Source: an uncultured delta proteobacterium
Lineage (GTDB): Bacteria; Desulfobacterota; Binatia; DP-6
Assembly: GCA_963815115.1 (NCBI GenBank)
Contig: CAWFFN010000009.1
Coordinates: forward strand, 1,024,001-1,088,000
DNA length: 64,000 nt
Direction of reading: 5' to 3'
A program made the position numbers and the translations under genes. The notes beneath the pieces are model-generated. The model was not told where the DNA came from. It did no database searches and worked only from the letters and a program-made list of their open reading frames with translations. Of this stretch, positions 28,651-37,785 are shown one piece after another. Numbering within the stretch: position 1 is the first letter of the stretch; every line of letters begins with the position of its first letter.

Positions 28651-29856
28651 GTGAGATTCGGCATCGACCGCTTGCTGGAGGAGCCGGCCCTGCGGCGGTC
28701 GCTCGCCGGCCGGCGCGTGGCGCTGCTCGCGCACCCGGCGTCGGTGACCGGCGGCCTGACGCATGCCCTCGACGCGCTCGCCGCCCTCGGCGACGTGCGG
28801 CTGGTGGCGGCGTTCGGTCCCCAGCACGGGCTGCGCGGCGACAAGCAGGACAACATGATGGAGTCGCCGGACTTCACTGATCCCGTGCTGGGCATCCCCG
28901 TCTTCAGCCTCTACGGCGAGGTGCGGCGGCCGACGGCGGCCATGATGGATGCGTTCGACGTGCTCCTCGTCGACCTGCAGGACGTGGGCTGCCGCATCTA
29001 TACCTTCGTCACCACGCTGCGCTACGTGCTCGAGGAGGCGGCGGCGCGGCGCAAGGCGGTCTGGGTCCTCGACCGTCCGAACCCGGTCGGGCGCCCCGTC
29101 GAGGGGCTGCGGCTGCGCGCCGGCTGGGAGAGCTTCGTCGGTGCGGGGCCGCTGCCGATGCGGCACGGGCTCACGCTCGGGGAGCTGGCCCGCTGGTTCG
29201 TACGGACGCTCGGGCTCGACGTCGAGTACGAGGTCGTCACCATGGAGGGCTGGGAGCCCGCCCGCGCGCCGGGCTTCGGCTGGCCGCTCGGCGAGCGCGC
29301 CTGGGTGAACCCGAGCCCGAACGCGCCGAACCTCGGGATGGCGCGTTGCTTCCCCGGCACCGTCATGCTCGAGGGCACGACGCTGTCCGAGGGTCGCGGC
29401 ACCACGCGGCCGCTGGAGCTGCTCGGAGCGCCCGACCTCGACGCGCGGGCGCTCCTCGAGACGATGGCGTCGCTCGCGCCCCACTGGCTGGCCGGTTGCC
29501 GGCTGCGTGCGTGCTGGTTCGAGCCCACCTTCCACAAGCACGTCGGCCGGCTCTGCGCCGGGGTGCAGGTGCACGTCGACGACGGTGCCTACGATCATGA
29601 CGCCTTCCGGCCCTGGCGCCTCGTCGCACTCGCCTTGAAGGCGCTGCGCCGCCTGCTGCCCGACTACCCGCTGTGGCGCGACTTCGCCTACGAGTACGAG
29701 GTCGGCAAGCTCGGCTTCGACGTCATCAACGGCGGTCCGCATGTGCGCCAGTGGATCGACGACCCCGCGGCGACGCCGGCGGACCTGGACGGGATGGCGG
29801 CGCGTGACGAGGCGGACTGGCGAGCGGAGCGGGAGGGGGTGCTGATCTACCGGTGA
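28651..29856 (+). CDS. namZ: Exo-beta-N-acetylmuramidase NamZ (DUF1343)
   Basis: FGPQHGLRG, SLYG, DLQDVGCRIYT, DRPNP, PSPN, SEGRGTTRP. Confidence 0.88.
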   Translation: MRFGIDRLLEEPALRRSLAGRRVALLAHPASVTGGLTHALDALAALGDVRLVAAFGPQHGLRGDKQDNMMESPDFTDPVLGIPVFSLYGEVRRPTAAMMDAFDVLLVDLQDVGCRIYTFVTTLRYVLEEAAARRKAVWVLDRPNPVGRPVEGLRLRAGWESFVGAGPLPMRHGLTLGELARWFVRTLGLDVEYEVVTMEGWEPARAPGFGWPLGERAWVNPSPNAPNLGMARCFPGTVMLEGTTLSEGRGTTRPLELLGAPDLDARALLETMASLAPHWLAGCRLRACWFEPTFHKHVGRLCAGVQVHVDDGAYDHDAFRPWRLVALALKALRRLLPDYPLWRDFAYEYEVGKLGFDVINGGPHVRQWIDDPAATPADLDGMAARDEADWRAEREGVLIYR

Positions 29857-29891
29857 GAGTCGGCGTCGGGCAGCTCGAGGAGCATGCCGTG

Positions 29892-30278
29892 CTACGAGCG
29901 CCCGTGCGCCCGCAGGAAGACGGCAACGTCCGCCTTCGCAAGCCGCCCTTCCGCGACGCCGAGCACGAGATTGACCAGCGCGTCGTCCGTGGCGCGGACG
30001 CGGCGTCCGTTCAGGCGCAGGAAGACGAGACAGCACGCCAGGCCCACGCGCTTGTTGCCGTCCATGAAGGGATGGTTCTTCACCAGGTGGAACAGGTACG
30101 CGGCGGCCTGCTCCTCGAGCGATGGATGCAGGGACTCCCTGCCGACCGTCGCCTCGGGCATGGCCAGGGCGGACTCGAGCAGGCCGCGATCGCGCAGACC
30201 CAACCGCCCGCCGTAGCGCGCGATCTGGTGCGCGTGGATCGCGAGGACCTCGTCGAGCGTGAGGAAGCTGGTGGGCAG
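29892..30278 (-). CDS. doc: Doc/Fic family toxin (start codon uncertain)
   Basis: FLTLDEVLAIH..GLRDRGLLESA, HPFMDGNKR Doc motif; reading frame extends upstream of the tracked ORF. Confidence 0.88.
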   Translation of the reverse strand: MPTSFLTLDEVLAIHAHQIARYGGRLGLRDRGLLESALAMPEATVGRESLHPSLEEQAAAYLFHLVKNHPFMDGNKRVGLACCLVFLRLNGRRVRATDDALVNLVLGVAEGRLAKADVAVFLRAHGRS

Positions 30279-30281
30279 CGG

Positions 30282-30509
30282 TCACTCGGCGAGGCGACGG
30301 AACGCGCCCGCGTGCTCCCGATCGAGCTCGTCGAGGATCTTGCGCAGCTTGGCGGTCCGCCTCGCCGAGCGCAGCGGAGAGATGACGATCACGTCGCCGT
30401 CCGTCGAGACTTCGAGCTTGGTGCTGCCGTCGATGCCGGTGGCCTCGAGGAGCCCCTTGTCCAGGACGAGCGCGAGGCTGTTGCCGGTGCGCGTCAGCGT
30501 CTTCACCAT
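30282..30509 (-). CDS. AbrB/MazE-type antitoxin
   Basis: [15 protein letters not shown]; directly upstream of doc. Confidence 0.85.
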   Translation of the reverse strand: MVKTLTRTGNSLALVLDKGLLEATGIDGSTKLEVSTDGDVIVISPLRSARRTAKLRKILDELDREHAGAFRRLAE

Positions 30510-30510
30510 G

Positions 30511-30540
30511 GTACGGACAGGATTGCAGGACCGTACGGAC
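30511..30540. promoter_or_regulatory. Direct repeat GTACGGAC x2, putative TA operator
   Basis: 30511-30518 and 30533-30540, adjacent to the antitoxin start. Confidence 0.45.
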
Positions 30541-30573
30541 CGCGCAACTCGGGTCGGGGGGACGAGACCGCGG

Positions 30574-32010
30574 TCAGGAATGGACCGCGGGCGCGACCGC
30601 CGCGATCGGGGCGTCGGCCGCCTCGACCATGTCGAGGAAGGTCGCCGTCCACCAGCGGATGTCGTGCGTGGTGACGGTCTCGACCATGGCCCGCATGCGC
30701 CGTTCGCGCTCGTCGGGCTCCATCTGCACCGCCTCCGCGATGCAACGGCCGATGTTCTCGGGCTCGTACGGGTTCACCAGCAGCGCGTCCTTCAACTCGT
30801 ACGCGGCGCCGGCGAACTCGGACAGCACGAGCACGCCGTCGCCGTCCGGATGGCAGGCGACGTATTCCTTGGCGACCAGGTTCATGCCGTCGCGCAGCGG
30901 CGTCACCAGGGCGACGTCTGCGGCCCGGTACCACGCCGCGAGGCGTTCGTGGTCGAAGGCGGTGTAGTGGTAGGCGAGCGGCGCGAGCGCCTCGCGCGTG
31001 AAGCGGCCGATGATCCGGCCGACCGTCTCGTCGATCTGACGCTTCAGGTCCCGGTACTGGGGAACGCGGAAGCGCGAGGGCACGGTGATCTGTACGAGAC
31101 TCACTCGCCGCCGCCAGCGCGGGTGCTGCTCGAGGAAGCGCTCGAAGCCGAGCAGGCGCTCGACGATGCCCTTGGTATAGTCGAGCCGGTCGACCCCGAT
31201 CAGCACGACCTCGGTGGCGAGTCGGGCACGCAGGCGCGCCACCCGCGAAGCCAGGAGCGGATCGCGCGCCTGCGCCGCGAATGCCATCGCATCGACCCCG
31301 ATGCCATGCCCGACCACGCGCACCATGCGGCCGGGGAGCAGTACCCGCAGCGGGTCCTCGAGCACCGGAAGATCGAGGAAGCGGCCGACGCAGGCGACGA
31401 AGTTGCGGGCATCGGCGTCCGTCTGGAGACCGATCACGTCCGCGCCGAGGAGGCCCGAGAGCAGCTCCTCTCGCCACTGGCAGATACCGAAGACTTCCGG
31501 TGGCGGGAACGGGATGTGCCAGAACAGGCCGGTGCGGATGGGTGCGCAGGCGGCACGCAGGTAGCCCGGGACGAGACAGAGATGGAAGTCGTTCACCCAC
31601 ACCGTGTCGCCCGGCTTCGCCAGATCGCAGACCGTCCTGGCAAAGCGTTCGTTGACGCGCTTGTACGCGCCCCAGTAGGCGGGATCGAACTCGCAGCGGG
31701 TGGTGAAGATGTGGCACAGCGGCCACAGGACCTGGTTGGCAAACCCGCCGTAGTAGTTGTCGATCTCGCGCTCGCTCAGAGACACCGCATGGATCGGATA
31801 GGGCAGGCCGGTCTGCGAGGGCGCGAGGATCTCGTCCGTCGGGGTCCGGGCCCATGCCACCCAGACTCCCGGGCGCTCGCGCAGCGTCACGTCGAGCGCC
31901 GTGGCGAGGCCGCCGATGGTGCGACGGAAGCGCCGATCCCCTCCTGCAGCCGTCACCTCCACCGGCGCGCGATTGGACACCACCACGAGCCTGGACTTCC
32001 CGGTCGGCAC
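30574..32010 (-). CDS. otsA: Trehalose-6-phosphate synthase
   Basis: [54 protein letters not shown]. Confidence 0.93.
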   Translation of the reverse strand: MPTGKSRLVVVSNRAPVEVTAAGGDRRFRRTIGGLATALDVTLRERPGVWVAWARTPTDEILAPSQTGLPYPIHAVSLSEREIDNYYGGFANQVLWPLCHIFTTRCEFDPAYWGAYKRVNERFARTVCDLAKPGDTVWVNDFHLCLVPGYLRAACAPIRTGLFWHIPFPPPEVFGICQWREELLSGLLGADVIGLQTDADARNFVACVGRFLDLPVLEDPLRVLLPGRMVRVVGHGIGVDAMAFAAQARDPLLASRVARLRARLATEVVLIGVDRLDYTKGIVERLLGFERFLEQHPRWRRRVSLVQITVPSRFRVPQYRDLKRQIDETVGRIIGRFTREALAPLAYHYTAFDHERLAAWYRAADVALVTPLRDGMNLVAKEYVACHPDGDGVLVLSEFAGAAYELKDALLVNPYEPENIGRCIAEAVQMEPDERERRMRAMVETVTTHDIRWWTATFLDMVEAADAPIAAVAPAVHS

Positions 32011-32061
32011 CGGGCCGACGTTGCAGGAGCTTGGCAGGGTCGTCAATACGACTGCTGAACG

Positions 32062-32929
32062 ATGCGCCGCGCGAATCGTCCCACCAGACCGCTCGACGTC
32101 GCGCGCGTGCTCGCCGCGCGGCGAAGGCATGGGCTGGTCGCGGTGTGGGATATCGACGGGACGCTCGCGCCCATCGCGCCGACGCCGGAGGAGGCCCGCG
32201 TGCCGCCGGCCACGCGACAGGCGCTACGGCGGCTCGCCCGACGCCCGGACACGCTCGTCGGGGTGGTCTCCGGACGCCCCCTCGCCCAGGTCGTGCGCCT
32301 GGTCGGGAGCTCGAACGTCTGGCTCGCCGGGGTTGCACGGGGGCGCCCGCCAGGTGCCAGGCGGACATGTGCGACACCTCTGGGGTCCGGTCGCGGCGCG
32401 TCGCGGGGCGCGCCTGGCGCACGGACTCGCCGAGGCGCTGGCCGCAGTGCCCGGCGTGCGCATCGAGCCCAAGGGTCCCGTGGTCGCCGTGCACGTCCGC
32501 GGCGTCGACGCAGCGGGCCGGGCGCAGGTGCGCCGGGTGGTGACACGCGCGCGGCCCCCAGGGTGGGTGGTGCTCGAGGGCCGGCGCGTCCTCGAACTCC
32601 GGCCGCGCCGGCTCCCCAACAAGGCGGACGCCGTGCGCTGGATTGCGGCCCGGCGCCCGGCTGCCGTCGTGCTCTACGTCGGCGACGACGCTACGGACGA
32701 GGAGGCCTTCGGCGCCCTCGGCCGGGGGGACTTTGCCGTGCGCGTCGAATCGCGCGCGGGCCCGCGCGGAGCGCGGCGGCGCTGCGGGGCGCACTCACGC
32801 TCGCTGGAAGGTCGCCGGCCATGCCGGCGTCGCCCGCTTGATCGAACGGCTGTCCCGCAGCTCCGAGTGAGCCGGCAGCCTCTCACCTCACCCGTGCGAG
32901 CCTTGTCGGCGCGGCGGCTTTCGGTGTAG
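32062..32929 (+). CDS. otsB: Trehalose-phosphatase (HAD), frameshifted near 32331; 3' end uncertain
   Basis: WDIDGTLAPI and VSGR in one frame; GLHG, ELRP, GDDATDEEAF in the next; extra G in a G-run. Confidence 0.8.
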
Positions 32930-32932
32930 CCC
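32902..32932 (+). promoter_or_regulatory. Conserved motif CTTGTCG-N9-CTTTCGGTGTAGCC before hydantoinase B
   Basis: Same blocks and spacing as 35652-35681; ATG a few nt downstream, no SD. Confidence 0.6.
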
Positions 32933-32937
32933 ACCGT

Positions 32938-34774
32938 ATGGCCGCGAAGACGTTGCGCTCGGTTCGATCCCGCGAGGTGAAGGGTCCGGTCCCTCCCCGC
33001 CACGCTCGCGGGGGCAAGACCGCCGACCCGGTCACCAGCGAGATCATCCTCGGGGCGTTCGAGACCATCTGCTACGAGATGGCGACGCACGTGAGCCTCA
33101 CCGCCACGACGCCGATCCTGAACCAGTCGAACGAGCGCAACGCCACGATCCTCGACGCGCGCGGGCAGCTCGCCGCGCTGTCCGTCGGCATCCCGCAGTT
33201 CATGCTCTCGTCCACGCTGCCGGTGCGCTTCGCCGTCGAGTTCTTCGGCCAGGACGGCCTCTTCGACGGCGACGTGCTGGTCGCGAACGACCCCTACCAC
33301 GGCGGCGGCCACCTGCCCGACTACAACGTCTTCGCGCCGGTCTTCCACGACGGCGAGTGCGTGCTGATCGCATCGATCCAGTGCCATCACGCCGACACCG
33401 GCGGCGGCGCGCCGGGCGGCTACAACGTCGAACGCCCCCGACATCTGGGCCGAGGGCGTGCGCTTCCCGGCGCTCAAGATCTACGAGCGCGGCGAGAAGC
33501 GGCGCGACGTCGAGTACATGATGGCGGTCAACAACCGCACTCCCACCTTCCTGGGCGACCTGCGCGCGCAGGTCGGGGCGGCGCAGCTGGGCGTCCGGCG
33601 CCTGCGCGAGCTCCTCGGGCGCTTCGGCACGGAGGCGGTGCGGGGCGCGGTGCGGAGCGTGATCGCGTTCGCCAAGCGGCGCTTCCGCGAGGAGGTCGCG
33701 AAGTGGCCCGACGGCGTCTACGAGTCGGACGTCTACGTCGACCAGGATCCGCACGGGAACCAGGACATCCACGTCCACTGCAAGGTGACCGTGCAGGGAT
33801 CGGACCTCACGCTCGACTTCACCGGCTCCGACACGCGCTCCGAGATCCAGGCCTACTCCACCTTCGGCAACACGCGCGGCTACGTGGTGGCGCAGCTCGC
33901 CTCCATGATGGATCCCGACGCATTCCGAAGAACGAGGGCTTCTTCGAGTCGATCGATCTGATCGTGCCGAAGGGCTGCTGTCTCAACCCGCCCGAGGGCC
34001 GGTCGGTGGCGGCCGGGACGCACCATCCCGGCACCGAGGTCGGCGAGGCGATCGCGAAGGCGCTGCAGCAGGTGGTCCCGGAGCGGAGCTGCCCGCAGGT
34101 CTACAAGATGGGCATGCCGACGGTGATCTTCGGGACCAACCCGCGCACCGGGCAGCTCTTCATCGACCACTCGGTGGACACCTTCGCGGCCTACTGCGGC
34201 GCCGTGAAGGGTCAGGACGGCTGGGGCGGCCACAACGTGTCCTTCGGCAACCTGATCCGCGCCACCGGCGAGATCAACGAGGCCATCTTCCCGGTGCGCC
34301 ACCTGTGGCGCGACTACGAGGCCGACAGCGGCGGCGCGGGCGAGTACCGCGGCAACTGCGGCAGCCTCTACCGCAAGCAGATGCTGGTGCCGGCGACGGT
34401 CTACACCTACGTCGTCGGCAAGCGGTATCCCATGCCCGGCATCGCGGGCGGCCGTCCCGGCTCGCTCGAATCGACTGATGGTGCGCGCGGGCGGACCGGC
34501 GGTGCACGAGGTCGGCGAGAAGGCGGGCTACATCGAGCACGAGGCCGGCGAGTGCTACGAGTACCACTACGGCGGAGGCGGTGGCTGGGGCGATCCGCTC
34601 GACCGGCCCGCGGAGCGGGTGCTCGACGACGTGCTCGACGAGTACGTCTCGGTGGAGGGTGCGCGACGCGACTACGGCGTCGTGCTGGCGGGCGACCTCT
34701 GGGACCTCACGCTGGCGATCGACCGCGACGCGACCGAGCGGCTGCGCGCCGAGATGCGGGGCACGCGTGGCTGA
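32938..34774 (+). CDS. Hydantoinase B/oxoprolinase family subunit, with three apparent frameshifts (~33432, ~33920, ~34468)
   Basis: NDPYHGGGHLPD, HHADTGG, LDFTGS, DSGGAGEYRG, GGGGWGDPLDR across frames. Confidence 0.85.
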
Positions 34775-35180
34775 CACGCCGCGCATCACCGTCGAGGAGA
34801 TCGCGGGCCGGCCGCGCGCGTCGAGCGGTTCGCCCTTCGAGCCGATCGTGGGCTACTGCCGGGCGGTGCGCAGCGGCAATCTCATCACCGTGAGCGGCAC
34901 CGTGGGGATGAACGACGATCGCACCTATCCGCGCACCGCGGCGGAGCAGACCCGGCGTTCGCTCGCCATCATCGCGGCTGCCATCGAGGCCCTCGGCGGA
35001 CGCCTCGAGCACGTCGTGCGGACGCGCATCTTCGTCACCGACATCGGAACCCTCGAGGAGATCGGCCGGGTCCACGGAGAGATGTTCGGCGCCATCCGCC
35101 CCGCGACGAGCATGGTCGAGGTATCGCGACTCGTCGGTGACGCCGTGGTGGAGATCGAGGCCGACGCCGTCATCCCGTGA
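34767..35180 (+). CDS. RidA/YjgF family protein
   Basis: VGYCRAVR, VSGT, RPATSMVEV, VEIEADA. Confidence 0.88.
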   Translation: MADTPRITVEEIAGRPRASSGSPFEPIVGYCRAVRSGNLITVSGTVGMNDDRTYPRTAAEQTRRSLAIIAAAIEALGGRLEHVVRTRIFVTDIGTLEEIGRVHGEMFGAIRPATSMVEVSRLVGDAVVEIEADAVIP

Positions 35181-35626
35181 CGCCGGCCGACCTGGAGCTG
35201 CGGCGCGCGAGCCTCGACGAGATCCTTCGGCTTCGCCATGCCGAGCTCCGTCCCGACCGGCCGCTGTCGACGGCCCGGTTCGACGGCGACGACGATCCCG
35301 GCACGCGCCACTTCGGCGCCTTCCTCCGCGCCACCGGCGAGCTGGTTGGCTGCGTGTCCTCCATGCGGCAGTCGCGGGCGGGCGCGCCTGCCTGGCAGGT
35401 GCGCGGGATGGCGACGCGCGGCGATCTGGTGCGTCGCGGTATCGGGCGCGCGCTCCTCGCGTACACCGTCGCCGCGCTCCGCGTGGAGGACGGCCCGCGC
35501 TTGCTCTGGTGCAATGCGCGGGTGGCGGCGCTGGGCTTCTGGGAGCGCGAAGGATGGGACGTCGCGTCCGACGTCTTCGACATCCCCGACGTCGGGCCCC
35601 ATCGGGTCATGCAGCGGGTGCTCTGA
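35177..35626 (+). CDS. GNAT family N-acetyltransferase
   Basis: RGMAT..RRGIGR, LWCNAR, GFW, GPH. Confidence 0.85.
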   Translation: MTPADLELRRASLDEILRLRHAELRPDRPLSTARFDGDDDPGTRHFGAFLRATGELVGCVSSMRQSRAGAPAWQVRGMATRGDLVRRGIGRALLAYTVAALRVEDGPRLLWCNARVAALGFWEREGWDVASDVFDIPDVGPHRVMQRVL

Positions 35627-35651
35627 CTGGCGGCAGCCGAGTGCCGCATCT

Positions 35652-35682
35652 CTTGTCGCTCGCGTCCCTTTCGGTGTAGCCA
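35652..35682 (+). promoter_or_regulatory. Conserved motif CTTGTCG-N9-CTTTCGGTGTAGCC before hydantoinase A
   Basis: Duplicate of 32902-32931. Confidence 0.6.
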
Positions 35683-35688
35683 CCCCGC

Positions 35689-37749
35689 GTGGCGCGTCCG
35701 ACCTATCGCATCGGCATCGACGTCGGCGGCACGTTCACCGACCTCGTGCTGGTCCGGAACGGCGGCCTGATTCTGGACAAGCACCCGACGACGCCGCGCG
35801 ACCAGTCCGAGGGCGTGCTCGGCGGCCTGCGCCAGCTCGCGGCGCGGGAGGAAGCGACGCTCGCGCAGCTGCTGGGGCGTACCGAGCTGATCGTCCACGG
35901 CACGACCACGGCCGACAACACGATGATCGAGATGTCGGGCGCCACGACGGGTCTCGTCACCAGCGACGGCCACCGCGACGAGATCGAGATCCGCCGTGGC
36001 TACAAGGAGGACATCTGGAATCCGGCGCTACCGCCGCCGCAGCCGATCTGTCCGCGCCGCCGCCGCTATGGCGTGCCCGAACGGCTCGACTTCGAGGGCC
36101 AGGTGCTGGTGCCGCTCGACGAGGAGGCGGTGCGGCGCGCGCTGCGCCGGATGCGGCGGCAGGGCGTCGACTCGCTCGCCGTCGTGCTGCTCTTCTCGTT
36201 CGTCAATCCGGCGCACGAGCGCCGGGTGCGCGAGCTGGCGGCCGAGGAGCTGCCGGGCGCGATGATCTCGCTGTCACACGAGGTCATGCCCGCGGCGCCG
36301 GAGTTCGAGCGCACCAGCACCACGCTGGTGAACGCCTACGTCGGACCGAGGATCGAGCGGTACCTGAGCCGCCTCGACGACCGCCTGCGCGAGGCGGGCT
36401 TCCGGGGCGAGCTGCTCATCATGCAGTCGAACGGTGGCGTCATGCCGGGCGGCTACGTCGCCCAGAAGGCCGTCGCGGTGATGGGATCGGGGCCCGCGGG
36501 CGGCGTCATGGGCGCGACCGCGGTCGCCGGCGCGGCGGGCGTCCGCGACTTCATCTCCGTCGACATGGGCGGCACGAGCTACGACGTCTGCCTGGTGCGC
36601 GGCGGCCGGCCGGAGGTGCGGTCGGGCTGGAACTGGCACCACCGCTATCTCGTGGGGCTGCCCATGGTCGACGTCGAGACGGTGGGCGCCGGCGGCGGCT
36701 CGATCGCCCGCGTCGAGTCCGGGGCGCTGCGCGTGGGACCGGAGAGCGCGGGGGCCGAGCCGGGTCCGGTGTGCTATCGCCGCGGCGGCGTCGAGCCGAC
36801 CGTCACCGACGCCAACGTCGTCCTCGGCTACCTGAACCCCGACCGCTTCTCGGGGGGCACCATGCGGCTCGATCCCGAGGGCGCGCACGCGGCCGTGCGC
36901 ACGCGCATCGCGCAGCCGCTCCGGCTCTCCGTGGTCGAGGCGGCGGAAGGCATCTTCCGCCTGGTGAACGCCAACATGGCCAACGCCATTCGCAAGGCGA
37001 CCGCCCGCCGCGGCGTGGACCCGCGCGGTCTCACGCTGGTCGTCTTCGGCGGCAACGGTCCGCTGCACGCCGGCATGCAGGCCGCGGAGCTCGGCATCCG
37101 CCGCATCCTCGTGCCGAAGCTGTCGCCGGCGTTCTCCGCGCTCGGGCTGCTGCTCACCGACCACGTGGTGGACGAGATGCGCTCCTACGTGACGCCGGCG
37201 AGCCAGGTGGACCTGGCACGCGTGAATCGGCTGTTCGGGGAGATGGAGGAGTCGGCGCGGGCGGCGCTCGCCGGCAGCGGCCGCAAACGCCGGCTGCGCC
37301 TGGAGCGCCTGGCGGCGCTCTGCTACCCGGGCCAGACCTTCGACATGCCCGTCCCGCTGCCGGTCCGGGCGGGCGCGGTGACGGCACGCACGTTTGCCGA
37401 CACCGTCGAACGGTTCCACGCCCTCCACGAGGAGCTGCACACCTACGCCAGCCGCGATCAGGAGCCCATCCTGCGCGGGCTGCGCGTGAAGGCCGTCGCG
37501 CTCGAGCGCAAGCCCGCGCTGCCGCGGCTCTCGCGTCGCGCTGCCATCGACGCGCGGCGCGGCGCTCGCAAGGCGTTCTTCCGGGGCCGCTTCGTCGCGA
37601 CGCCGGTGTACGACGGCCCGCGCCTGGCGCCCGGCCACGCGATCCTCGGGCCGGCGATCGTCGAGGAACCCTTCACGACGATCGTGGTCTATCCCGGGCA
37701 GCGCGTGACCGTCGATCCGCACGGCAACTTCGTCATCACCCTCGGCTAG
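35689..37749 (+). CDS. Hydantoinase A/oxoprolinase family subunit
   Basis: GIDVGGTFTD, HGTT, SGPAGG, DMGGTS, GAGGGS, TVTDAN. Confidence 0.92.
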   Translation: MARPTYRIGIDVGGTFTDLVLVRNGGLILDKHPTTPRDQSEGVLGGLRQLAAREEATLAQLLGRTELIVHGTTTADNTMIEMSGATTGLVTSDGHRDEIEIRRGYKEDIWNPALPPPQPICPRRRRYGVPERLDFEGQVLVPLDEEAVRRALRRMRRQGVDSLAVVLLFSFVNPAHERRVRELAAEELPGAMISLSHEVMPAAPEFERTSTTLVNAYVGPRIERYLSRLDDRLREAGFRGELLIMQSNGGVMPGGYVAQKAVAVMGSGPAGGVMGATAVAGAAGVRDFISVDMGGTSYDVCLVRGGRPEVRSGWNWHHRYLVGLPMVDVETVGAGGGSIARVESGALRVGPESAGAEPGPVCYRRGGVEPTVTDANVVLGYLNPDRFSGGTMRLDPEGAHAAVRTRIAQPLRLSVVEAAEGIFRLVNANMANAIRKATARRGVDPRGLTLVVFGGNGPLHAGMQAAELGIRRILVPKLSPAFSALGLLLTDHVVDEMRSYVTPASQVDLARVNRLFGEMEESARAALAGSGRKRRLRLERLAALCYPGQTFDMPVPLPVRAGAVTARTFADTVERFHALHEELHTYASRDQEPILRGLRVKAVALERKPALPRLSRRAAIDARRGARKAFFRGRFVATPVYDGPRLAPGHAILGPAIVEEPFTTIVVYPGQRVTVDPHGNFVITLG

Positions 37750-37751
37750 GA

Positions 37752-37782
37752 GAGCGACCCGAGACGGAGTCTCGGGTCGCTC
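37752..37782. terminator. 14-bp hairpin GAGCGACCCGAGAC-GGA-GTCTCGGGTCGCTC between convergent genes (REP-like copy 3)
   Basis: Perfect stem fills the gap between two stop codons; no U-tract. Confidence 0.7.
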
Positions 37783-37785
37783 GCG

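Noticed and set aside
32938-34774. Programmed frameshifting in hydantoinase B, otsB or lhr
   Set aside because: No slippery heptamers; multiple scattered insertions fit assembly error better.
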